In this document: positions 29,701-41,700 of the stretch, piece by piece | How the letters are laid out: each line of letters begins with the position of its first letter | Numbering within the stretch: position 1 is the first letter of the stretch | NCBI GenBank assembly: GCA_963790805.1 | Contig: CAWBPL010000002.1 | Span: 576,696 to 640,695 of the forward strand | Direction: 5' to 3' | DNA length: 64,000 bases | Source of the DNA: Candidatus Gottesmanbacteria bacterium | GTDB taxonomy: Bacteria > Patescibacteriota > Microgenomatia > UBA10105 > UBA927 | Notes under the pieces: generated by a model | Told to the model about the DNA's origin: nothing | Seen by the model: only the letters and a program-made list of their open reading frames with translations | Database searches by the model: none | Position numbers and translations under genes: made by a program

Positions 29701-32700
29701 AGCAAAAGCGTATGGCGTGTCGGGAGACAAAATTAATCAGGTTCTTGATCTTGTCGACACAGTCAACCGGTTTGCAAACGGCCTGACGCTTTCAATGGAA
29801 GATAACTTTTTCCGCGCAAAAGATACGAATGGCCGGCAGTCGACGATTCCGGGAAACGGCGGACAGGCGAGTACCGGTCAGACATATAACTCCCGCATGC
29901 AGGCGGTTATGGAGGCGGTTGGCGCAACAGCATACGGAGAAACACCGGACTTTAACGACCTGAGCGTCGCGCCGGATCAGGCGTACCGGTCAGGATTTCA
30001 TGATGTCGTTGCTGATGTATTGGGGTATGCCAACGGGGCGGTGCGCGCTGTTACCGGTAACATTGCTGAACAGGTGGGCGTTATAACCAACTCATACCAG
30101 ATGGGCGCTTCGCGCGATACGACGGGGACGCTCGCTAAAATTTTCGACGGCACCAACGGCAATCCGCCACGGCTTGCGGCAGACCGGTCATACCATGCTG
30201 CTTCTGACGATTATCTCAAAGTTATTTCCGACATGAAATCAAAGGGACTTTTGGATAAAAGCGGTACGTCGGGTTCGTATGATTCCCACGGAAATGCCAA
30301 GTTTGTCCTTGCCGGAGCCCTCAATATCAGTCCCATGGAATTTGCCCGTCAGCAGCAGTTATCCGGTCATTATGATGCCAACACGACGTGGTTTGTGCAG
30401 CAGGGCGGAACGGATTATTATGCAGTAAAATTCAACGCTGACGGATCCGTTGCCTCTAATGAAGTAGTACAAAATGCAACCGGCAATTCAGGTACCATTG
30501 CCTCTCGCTATCGAAGCGGTGAAGAAAATCTCGTTACCGTAATCGGACTTGGAGGCGCAACGGGAGACAATATTCCGACGCCGGAAAATGTACCGGGTAT
30601 CACGGTTACGACTCCAACGACGGCGCAAGGCGTCGTGCTGCAGGCGGCAAGCCGGCTTGATAGAAGCGATTGGGTGGCAACGCAATATCTTGTGGTTGTT
30701 GATGATGGCGTCCCCTCATATACCGGTAAGCTGGCAAATGCCAAGATGAGTACAGCGGATTTTGCAGGTTTCAGAACGTCTATCGAAGACACGCAGCATA
30801 ATCTGGAACTTCTCAATACCGCGCAGGCCAATACCTTAGGTCTTCAATCGGCGGCAGCCCGCCCGCTTGCCGATATCGTTACGCGGTTTGGCTCGATGAG
30901 CGATCCGGCGGCGCAAAGAGTTGCCGACTGGGCGTCACAACAGCTTCTGGAGCTTTCCTCGTCGAATCAGGGAAGGGATTTGCGGCTGGATGAGGGATCA
31001 GGAAGTCAGACGCTTGATGCGAGAAACCGGCAGTTTGAAGGTTTGGTGCAGCAGTACCAAAAACTTTTCAGCGATCCTGCCAATGAGCAATATTTATCTC
31101 TTATTCAAAAAACCAGTCCGGATTTGTATGCGCGTCTTACCAATAACCGCGATGCAATGAACGGTGCGACACCCGGCCGTGCCTTAACGTATGCAGATGA
31201 TAACGCAACGATTTCAAATACCGCTAAAGATGCGCCGCTTCTTGCGACGGATCTTTCTGATTATCGCCGTATCCACAATACAGTCGTTCAGGCGAAATCT
31301 GAAGCGCAAACGCTTGCCGGAGACGGCAGTCCTGATATACATCCGGTGGTTCAGGCGGCGCAAGCGCAAACCCAAGCTCCCGCGACGGGATTGAAAGGTT
31401 TCATCTCGCGCATCCCCGGCATCGGACAATCGCTTGCAAACACCCTGTTCCCGACAAAGTTTGTGCTTTCCGCCGTGCCATCGCTTGACGATGACATGAG
31501 CTCATCCGCCCTGCCGACACTCAATATCGTGCGTTCCTATGCTTCCACCCAAGTTCGTACGCAGGCAATTACGGCGGCCATCCCGATTATGACTCAAATA
31601 ATAAAAGGGACGACGCCGATTACCGCTCAACAGCGTGCAACATTTATAAGCGGTCTTGCAGCCGCAAAAGTAGGTTTGGATGCAGCGCAGCAATCGCTTG
31701 CACGGGCCCAGCAAGCTGCTGCCGGCACGCAAACATTGACGGGAGCTGATTTAGCCGGAAAACCACTGGCAGCAGGGGACCAGATCGGCGGCGTTAAAGT
31801 ATCAAGCCGCGGGAAAGTGATCCGCGTGTATGCCGACGGCCGTGTAGATCAGGGAGGCGTCACTAATTTGCCGGTTGGTGATCCAACCCAGTGGCAGACA
31901 TTTTATGTCCAGCCGACAGCAACGATACCGAAGCTCACGGGCCGAAAACAGACTGTTCTCAACCGTCTGCAAAATGCCGATAACATTATTGAGATTACTC
32001 CGACAACCACCGTCGCCCGCGCAAAAGCGGTAACTGCACAATCGCAACAGGACCTCGCCGTCGCATCCGAGGCAAGCAGTCGTGCAAACGCACAATACCA
32101 ACAATTTGTTAATGCGATGGGTGATGATATATCAAAACGGATCGTTGGCGTTTTCGGACAGACATCAGTTGATCTGACGCCCCTTCACAGCGCGGTGTCT
32201 GATTATGAAACGGCTCTATTAAATGCTGCGACAGACAACAGCAATCCGCAGGTTACCACGGCAATGCTTCAGGCAAATATTTCGGCTGGAGTGCTTGATA
32301 CGATGAATCAGGCATTGGCAAGTGCGAAAGCGCAGGTTCCTGCGGTTGCCGCAAAGAGCGTTGACGATCTGCGTCAGGAAATATTGGGGGATTCGACAGA
32401 CGCGATGCTTGCCGTTGCCCGAGCGGCTGCGACGCAGGTTTCCAACATACCGACGCCGGACTTAAGCGGCATCGACCGATCCGGCAGCGTGACACCGAAA
32501 TATACATTTAGATCTGTTTTGATAAATTATGTTCTCTTCCCGTCTCCATGGAATCCGAAGTGGTCGCCGGCGGAGAAAGGCAGACAGGTTGCGGCCATGG
32601 TGACGCGATGGGTGGCAACCGGCGGAATAGGTATGGTTGTCGATATGTCCCATTATGTGATTGATGGAGTATTCTTGGGTAACACAGCGTCATCGCAAAT

Positions 32701-35700
32701 GAGAGGAATATTAAACGATTCGCGAATAGGGGGCGTTTCTTCAAAGGGTACAACTCCCGCCGTCGTATCGCCGGATGCGGCACTGGCAAAACTCAAAGAT
32801 TCGCTCGCAGCAGGCAATAGTCCCGCACAGGCAATCCAAGCAGCCGGAGGATACAAAGCGGTCTACAGTGCGCTCCGGTATATGGAAAATGCAAATAGAG
32901 ATGCTGACCGCGCAGTTATTATGGACCTCCTTCGAAAAGACGTTGCCAACCGGTTTGCACAAGCTACCACCAAGACAGTCAAAGCCAACGTTAAAGGCCA
33001 ACGGATGATTGATGCGTTTATAGCCTATGAACTTGATTCGTTCGCACCAATTTCGACGACCGTGGCGCCGGTGCAGCCCGCATTTTTCGCACGCGTCGCT
33101 GCCACAGTAAGTAATTTTCTCGCAAGAGCGCCTCCTGTACGGTGGGTTTTGGGAGTCATAGGTACAATCGTAATAATCGTAGGAATACTTCTCGTCAGTC
33201 TGCCCATATTTGGTCATCACGCGCCTGTAATACAGGGAACCAATCAGACAACGACTCTCGTAGCAGAAAAGACGGTGACGCAATCTCCGCAAGACGCCCT
33301 TACCGCGCAACTGAATTTCGCCAATCAAACGTATACTCTAAACGGCGTATCTCAAGCACCGGAAGCGAAAGCTCCGACAAGCGCGACAGCATCCCAAATT
33401 TCTTTGGCAGGAGTCCCTGATGCGGCAACTGCTGCGTACGTGGAATCCGTTCTGAACGGGCCGGGCGGTACGGTTGACCCCAGCCAAATTCCGCCGCTCA
33501 CGTACGTAAACGGTGCGGGAGACACAATAACCGTACACTTTTCAGCAGACAGCGAGCCGATTGAAGCCTACGAGATTATTGATTTTCAAAATGCGCTCAT
33601 TAAAGCCGGTCCGCTCTATAAAGATTTAAGCGACGCCGACGAGATACGGCTTACCAAAGTTCTTAAAAATACATTATCAGGGGTCAAAGGTACCTATGCC
33701 GATTCGGGCGTGGATTTAATAAGCGGTAAAGAAGTAAAAAGCATAAGATTTACGAGCGATTATGCAACAAATATTTCCCAACTGAACGACCCGCTGAGCC
33801 GTCAGGACGAGGCAAATTTGTCTCCGGTTGCATCGCTTGTTCATGAAATTATTCATTTGACCCAGACGGTAAGAGGCAGCGACGGAAAACTCCACGATTC
33901 CGACAGGTTTGCCAAGTTTCAGGAAATATTTTACGGACCCAATGCTGTTGCCGAACTGCCGCCGACTGCATACGACCGTACGTGGACGGGAGATCAGCAT
34001 CGGATGGCTATGGAAGATGAAGCCGATACGTTTGCTCTCGATGCGGCAGATCCCTCGCTATTGCAATCGATTGCGCCGAATCGATCTGAATTTGCCCAAT
34101 ATATTATGAATGGCGGGGATCCGAGCACGTTTACGTTAAGTGCCGTCGCGCCGGCGGCACCGGAAGCTCAGGTCAACGCACCGGTTGCTGCGAATCCTTC
34201 GGCCGTATCCGATTTAGATTTCACGCACGTTCAAACTCCTGACCAGCTACAGGGTGCACCACAACAGTTTTATGGCGGGATAGGCAATTTCGCAACTTAC
34301 GTTTCTCCATCAAACGCGAACATACAATATCACGTCATGAAAGTGGACATGCATCAGAGCGGAGTGAGTGTTTTGGTTACCCCTGAAACCATGCTCGGTA
34401 TGAAAACTTCGGTATTTGTCGATACGTACGCGCAAAACGGAGTTAAAATCGCCGTCAACGGCGACCAGTGGGTCCGCGGCAGTAATCCGATTGTCATAGG
34501 CGGATACGCAGCATCATACGGAAAGACGTACGGAACACGCGGTAAAGAGGGTACATTGTACATAGACCAGCATAATAATTTTTCCCTTGATTATCCCGGC
34601 AAAGGAAATGAATGGATGGCGATTTCGTTTAACCATCTCCTCATAAAAGACGGGCAGGCGCAACCTGTTAGTAATATTGACACAGAACCGCGGACACTTA
34701 TTGGTGTGACGAAAGATGGGAACATTATCCTTATTGCGGTTGACGGACAGGAGCAGGTGAGCGGGATGACCTATACAGAGGCTCAAAGAATTCTTCTTGA
34801 GCAGGGGGCGTGGATAGGGGTTATGGTTGATGGCGGGTCTTCAACAGCTATGGCGGCACTGGGTGACAACGGAAAAGCGGAACTCCTGAACACTCCAAAT
34901 AATGACGGTGTAACCGAGGAGTCATACGTCGCAAATCAATTTGGCATCGTCATTAATTCGCCGCTCGCAAACGTTTCTTCAAACAATTCAGCCCAAACGG
35001 GGACGGCGGCTACCGGCCAGAGCGAGCCTGCCAATCAGGCTGCACCCGTGTCACAACCCGCACAGACACAACCCCTTATCGCCAATCCGAAAACACCGGC
35101 CGATCGGGCGGTGAACGTATTTGGTGGCGCTCTCAATAATTGGGAAGATTCGCCAGACTGGAAAACCACACCGCCCAGCACCGTCATTAAACAGGTATTA
35201 CAAACTCCATCTGGTCAGGAATTTGCCGGTGCTCTCAATGATCCGGAGTTTGTCTCTGCACTCAACGCGCTTGATAATCAGTATTTGGCCAAACCCGGCA
35301 GAAAAATAGAGTGTGTAGGGTTTGCACAGTTTCTTGCCAGTACATTATTTCCGCCCAAAGCGATGAATATCGGCGGAGCAAATAACGGGGCGGGAATTGC
35401 GAAACAGCTTGTCGGTAATCTGGGAAATAGCGCAAGCGATATCATAAGCGAGAGCGATTATCAGGTGGCGCGCGTTACAAAACCCTCCGACCTCGTTCCC
35501 GGACATTTTTACGTTGTCTATAACAACGGGACAGATGGCCATGTAGGATATATTTTGGATAATGACGGAACAGAGGTTACGGAGGTAAGTGCGAATTTTG
35601 ACCTCGACGGCAAAATAGAAGTGCATACGTTAACGTACGATCAGTTCGTCGCCCGCTATGGTGCGATGAGCAGTAATCCCGCACAATCGCAATTAGCTCT

Positions 35701-38700
35701 CCTTATACCATTCAGCGAGAATGCCCAACAAATCCTTGCAAATAGCGCCGCCGCTTTAGGGTCGGCTTCCAATGCATCGTCACCCATTTCTCCTGCTGTC
35801 CTTTCTCTCCCGTCAACGCCTGTTACCCACACCGTAAACATGGACATAAGTATTCCCGCGCAGTATGCGTCAGCGCGTCAGGTTGCCCGAAGCGAAGCAC
35901 CGAAAGACGGATCCGAGGGAATTGTTCTTACCGATCACGATGAGTGGGCGCCGCTTGCGCCGGCGGACACCCCGTCATGGGCGTTAAGCCGAAATGCGCA
36001 GACGACACGGCGCGTATTGGAATATCTCCATATTAACCAGTCGACGCGATATCAGCCGGCTTCAGGCGAGACATTTTGCAATATATGGGCAGGGGATGTG
36101 ATGCAAATGCTGGGCGTCCCGCTCCCGCGATGGTATTTCAACCCTGATACAAACCAGAAAGAAAAGACGACTGCCAACTGGCTCTACGCATGGCTTCAGG
36201 ATCAGGGCCCGACAGGTGGCAAGGCGGCCGGATGGGAAGAGGTAACGGATCCCGTGTTATTCCAGCAATTGGTAGATGAGGGAGTTCCGGGTTTAGTTGC
36301 AGCTCCGGATAGTCCGCACGGGCACATAACACCCGGCGCACCGACAACCGCTACGGCGAAAGGTGAAACAGTTGGCGGAGTATTTTACCCCAACGTGTGG
36401 TCCGCAGGTGAAACGATTCAAACGGACGTGAGCGCATATCAGGCGTTCCAGAATTCGCGCGGTCTTACGTCAATGAAATTTTTTGTCAACAAAGGATATA
36501 CAAAATATGTAACACCAGTTCAGGGTTCCTCCGTCGGCCCCATTGCGGCGTTAGGCGGATTACTGCAGGGATTGGGTGCAAAACTCGGCGGTAAGAAAGC
36601 GGGAGGACAACAGGCGACAACGGGTACAACCGGTACGACAGGAACCACAACTCCTCCGGCTCCAACGACGGGCGGTGCTGCGGGTACAACCGGTCCTGCC
36701 GACCTTTCGAAAGAATTAGAGCAGGCCATTGTTGACTACCTTATGACCTATGATCGCAGCGTCCTTCGGACATTTTACCACGGAACGACGGAGGAAAAGA
36801 GACAGGTGGCTCGTGACGTCACCAAACAGATAACGGCAGCGCAAAATATCATTTTTGCTGTAGAACAGGTCGCTGATAATATTGAACGGACGATCCGTCC
36901 CGGTGCTCCTTTACCCAGAACTCCTATTAATCCGAATCCTCAGCCCGGTCCAGTCAATAATCCGAATCCGTTTAGGCCGCCGCCCGGTCCGCGTAATCCG
37001 CCGCCTGCTCCCGGTCCGGTGACCGCCTCTGTGGCGCAGGCGCAGAAAGAACTGAATGCCGCAAAACAGCAGCTTATAGCGCTGCAAAAGCAGCAGGCCC
37101 TGCTTCTGACACAACAAAAACAACAGATTGCAGATGTGAAGGCAAAAGATGCGGCTCTAAGATCCGTCAATGACGATCTCGTAAACAAACAGAACGCTTT
37201 TGGCGGATATGTTCCCACGCTTGCCCAGCTCCAAACAAAAATTGATGATCTTAGTGCGCGAAGCGCAGATCTTAGCCAGCAGATTGTACTTGCAGAGAAG
37301 GGCGCAGCAAACACGAAAAATCCTATTCCGCCGGTGAAAGGTAAAGAAGTGCCGGAAGGATCACAGCTGACGCTTCCGCCCCGCGGTACCACATGGGTTT
37401 TCGGGTCCGGTACTGATGCGGATGTGGGTATAGCAGCCGATCAGGATGTTTCTCCCCGACACGGAAGGATTGTGAATGACGACGGCATTTATTACGTTAT
37501 CGATGGTGACGGTAAAAAAGCATCAACGTACGGAACGAGCGTTTACCGTTACGGAGAAATTATCGATGTTAGTTCCAACGCGCGCACACAGCTTCATGCC
37601 GGCGACATTATCTACATGGGAGATAATGGCGTTCAGATGCTCTTCACCGGCACATCGCTCAAGGGTCCGTATTATAACAACGGATTGCCGATGGAAGGAG
37701 CACTGCCTCCTAACAGTCAACTGGTTTCGCTCGACGGGAAAGTGCTGCTTGCTAACCCCGCCAGTTATGAGGATGTTGTTGCGTATCTCCATTCGATTAA
37801 TCCTGAAGATGGGATGACGTTTACCCTTACGTTAAACGGGGCAGATGTATTCCACATTACGTTTGACGGAGCAGTCCGGCTTCTTGCCTTACCCAAGCGG
37901 CTCGACAAAAATCCCTATAGGCCGGATGAGTCTTTTGCGGTAAGCGGTGAGGGGTATATCGGCCGCGAAAACTTGAAGATTGATCTCGCGTATAAAGGTG
38001 AAGTTTCCGTTGAGCATGTGCACTTCACATTGACCCGCAACGGAATTATGACGGTGAGGGATGATAAATCTACAAACGGTACGTGGCTGAATAATGTGAA
38101 AATGCCCAAAGGTACGGTGCAGGTGCTTTCTGCGGGCGATATTTTACAGCTCGGACGGCAGGGGAAGATTCAGTATGTCGGCGTGACCAAAGACGGAAAA
38201 GCAATTTTTCTTGACCTTGTCAAACATAATAATACGCAAAACAGCGGATCGGAAGATGAGACTGACGGGAAAGCAATCAGAACGATTAAAACGGATAATG
38301 ATGCGGTCAAAATGATGAAATCCGTCCTTCACTTCACCGACCCGATGGTGGAAGAAGCAGCACTACAGCAACAGGCGACAGTGATATCAATACGAAGTGG
38401 AATTTTATCCAGCGCGCAACAGAGTGCCCTGCAGGCACGTTTGCAGGCCATGCAGGAAAGCTATCCCTCTGATGTGCGGCTTCAGGCGTTAACAGTATCC
38501 AGTCTTATCAAGCCGGAATATCAGCCGATACTTTTGTATCTCGTCGGCCGTGACGTCTGGCGCAGGTCTACAATTGCCGATCGCATTTTAACAAAACAAA
38601 AAGGCAGGCCCGCACGCGTTTCGGATGCGCAAACCAGAGCCGAAGTCCACGATATGTTAAATAGCGCACAAAAGCTCATAACCGACAAGGTGAATGAGAT

Positions 38701-41700
38701 GGCCGGCAAAAATACAGATATGGCGAAAAAAGCCGGTGTCAATTACGCATACGCAACGCCGACGAATGTCGCGTACGTGGGTTTTGAGACTATGGCGATA
38801 GGGTATAACGAAGAAGCAAATGTTCAGGGATTCGCGATGCGCGACTATAACATACTCAAAGTAACCGATCTGCCGACAAACGATCCCGCACGTGCGCTTC
38901 AACGGATTGCAGAAGTACAGGCGCATGAGGCAGGACATCTGGATCAGGATAAAAAGAACAAAATGAGGCCGAACGTATCTCCGGATGATCAGCAGTTTTT
39001 GGGAAGGAGTCCTTCGTATTGGGAGATTACTAATCAGTGGTGGCGGGTCCTTAAAGTCGTCGGTATGAACAATGACGTTATGCATAGTTCGTATGATGAA
39101 GGCGCGCGGGCATTTGAACAGCTGGTAAACGATTTGACAAGACGAATGGCGCAGGCGGGCCAGAACAATCAACAGGCGCTTAAAGCCGCTATTTTGTCTG
39201 CCACCTACGGGGATGTCATTAAGCCAAACGGGCAGACAGGAATCCGGACGCTGTATGATCAATATTTCGGACGCGGCGCATTCGATGTGCGCATAAGCCA
39301 GTATGCAGATTATTATTACTACAACAAAAAGGGCAGGGCGAAGGTAAGTGCCGAAAGTACCGGTTCGACGGCACCGCCTCCTGCCGCTGCCAGCGCGCAA
39401 CAACCGCCGATCGTCAATGCCGATGATCTTCGTGCGGCGAAAAAAGCGGTGGATAACGAATTAGCTCAAACGAAAGCTCTTTTTACACAAACACAGCAGG
39501 AACAGACTCTGGCGAATGACGCAGTAACTGCGGCACAAAAAGTTAAAGATAAAGCACTAAAGCTCTTTAATGATGCCGCTGCCCTCCATAATCAGACCGT
39601 CACGGATCTTGAAGCGATAAATGCGTCTATTGAAGATTTACAAACAAATACCATACCGCTTCTTACCACCCGCCTTTCACAGGCAGTCGCCCGTCAGGAT
39701 GCCATTACCGCATGGCAGGATGTGTGGAATGATATTAAAAAACTGGATCGGAATGCCAAACCGGCTATTGTTCTTGCAAACGCCGGTGCCGCCGAGATTC
39801 GGGCTGACATTCTGACTCTTCAGGCACAGCTGGAGCAGCTGAAAAATCCGACACATGAGCCCGCTTGGCGAACCAATGTTCTTTCCGGAATGAGTCCTCA
39901 TGATCAGGCAGCTATAACGACGCTGAGGGGTATCTTTGGCGCCAAGACGGGTCGTCAAACGTGGTATTACGCAGGATCCGGAGCAGATATTGCCCCCATA
40001 TTTATTGCTCCAGCCAACACAGAACATCGGTTTGTAGATATTGTTTATGATTCAAATCAACCTTTGTTTCATACTCCCTCAGCTCAGGAATTTACCGAGC
40101 CGTTTAGTAAAATTGGCGCAACTGAAACGGTGTCATCGAATTGGGTTGATGCATGGAAAAATAAGAAACAAACCATCAGCTTAGACGGCGGAACAACAAT
40201 TCAACTTGTCGGAGGTAACGTTCAGGATAAAGCGACATCACCAGACTCTATCGATGTTATTTATACAAATGATCTTTCGGCATCGCAAGGTCCTGACGCA
40301 TTGATCGCTCTTAAAACGGACGGGTACTATGTTGAAACAGATACATTCGATATGGGTTCTTCGAAGATCAAGTTGCTGGGCCTTGGTGTTAATATTGAAG
40401 ATTTAGGATTTAAGAAAGTGAAGACGGTAAAAATAGATGAGTTGAGCTTTCCGTCGATAGGGAAGATACGAGCCACAACAGACGGAAAACCGGTGTGGGT
40501 TCAGGTATATCAAAAATCCCGGTCATTCACTCCAGAAGAGGAAGACATAATTCAGCTTGACGCTTCGGTAAGAGATATAAATGCTGCACTTAGTAATTTG
40601 GTTTTCGTCACTGCATCTCCTAACACTGCTCCTGCTGCCATAAAAGATGCGGAACAAAGTTTAACAAACGCATTTCAACGGTATTTGTCTCGTGTACAAA
40701 ATTTGAAAGGGAATAGCGCCGCGGTTGCACAAAAAGTTCAGGCAAAAATGGACGAATATTTCCCTGCCAGCGGATCGATGCCGGATATTATAAAAAATAA
40801 TACTGGTTCCGCAGGTCGACCGGCAGCAACGATACTTGCCCGCTATAAACGCGCGTGGGAAATTTATAACGCGACATATGTGACCCCCAGTAAAACACCG
40901 TTAACAGCCGACGCGGCAGTTAACGCGGCCGTTGTGAACATCGAAAATAACTCGGACCAGAGTAATGCGGCGGCGATTATTACAGCGATTAATGCGAAGC
41001 TTCCGAAAGGCGGGAAACTTACAGACGTGCAGGAGAAACAAATAAAAGCAGAAGTCGCATGGGCTATTGCGGCACGCCGCTGGGCGAAGATTCCAGATGA
41101 CATCCAAAAGCTTGCCGGTACGCCGAACAAAGATTTGTCCGACGCAGGGATTGCGACATTTGAAGCGCTGGTTGCCAACGGGGAGCAGCTTTTAGCCCAG
41201 CAGAATGCAAAACCCGTACAAACCGGTAAATATCAGGTTGTGCTGACGGCAGATGCGCCGAAAGTGAAAGATAAAATTCACCTCTTTACCTTCGGGATAG
41301 AGAACGACGGGATAATCATCTCAAGTCCGGCCAAGGGGAGTACGGTGTGGACAGTTGCGAATACAAAAACTCCCAATAATCCGATATATGTTGATCAATC
41401 CCAATTGCTGCCGAAAACCAGTATTCCGCCGGTTCCCTCGCTTGCCGGTATTCCGGTTGATGCGTTGGGGAACACGAACCCGATCACCAAAGGCTCGGTT
41501 GTGACGCTTAAAAAATATCGCGGACAGGCCAATGTTAAAGTACAACTCGGCGATATATATAAAAACCTAGCGAATTTTACGGTTATCGAAGGACCTCTTA
41601 AAGGCGACTGGTCAAGTGCGAATTTCAAAGACATGACCATCGTATCGTATGCGCCGCGCGAGAGTGTCGCAAAGGCGTTTACGGATACGATGAATACTGC

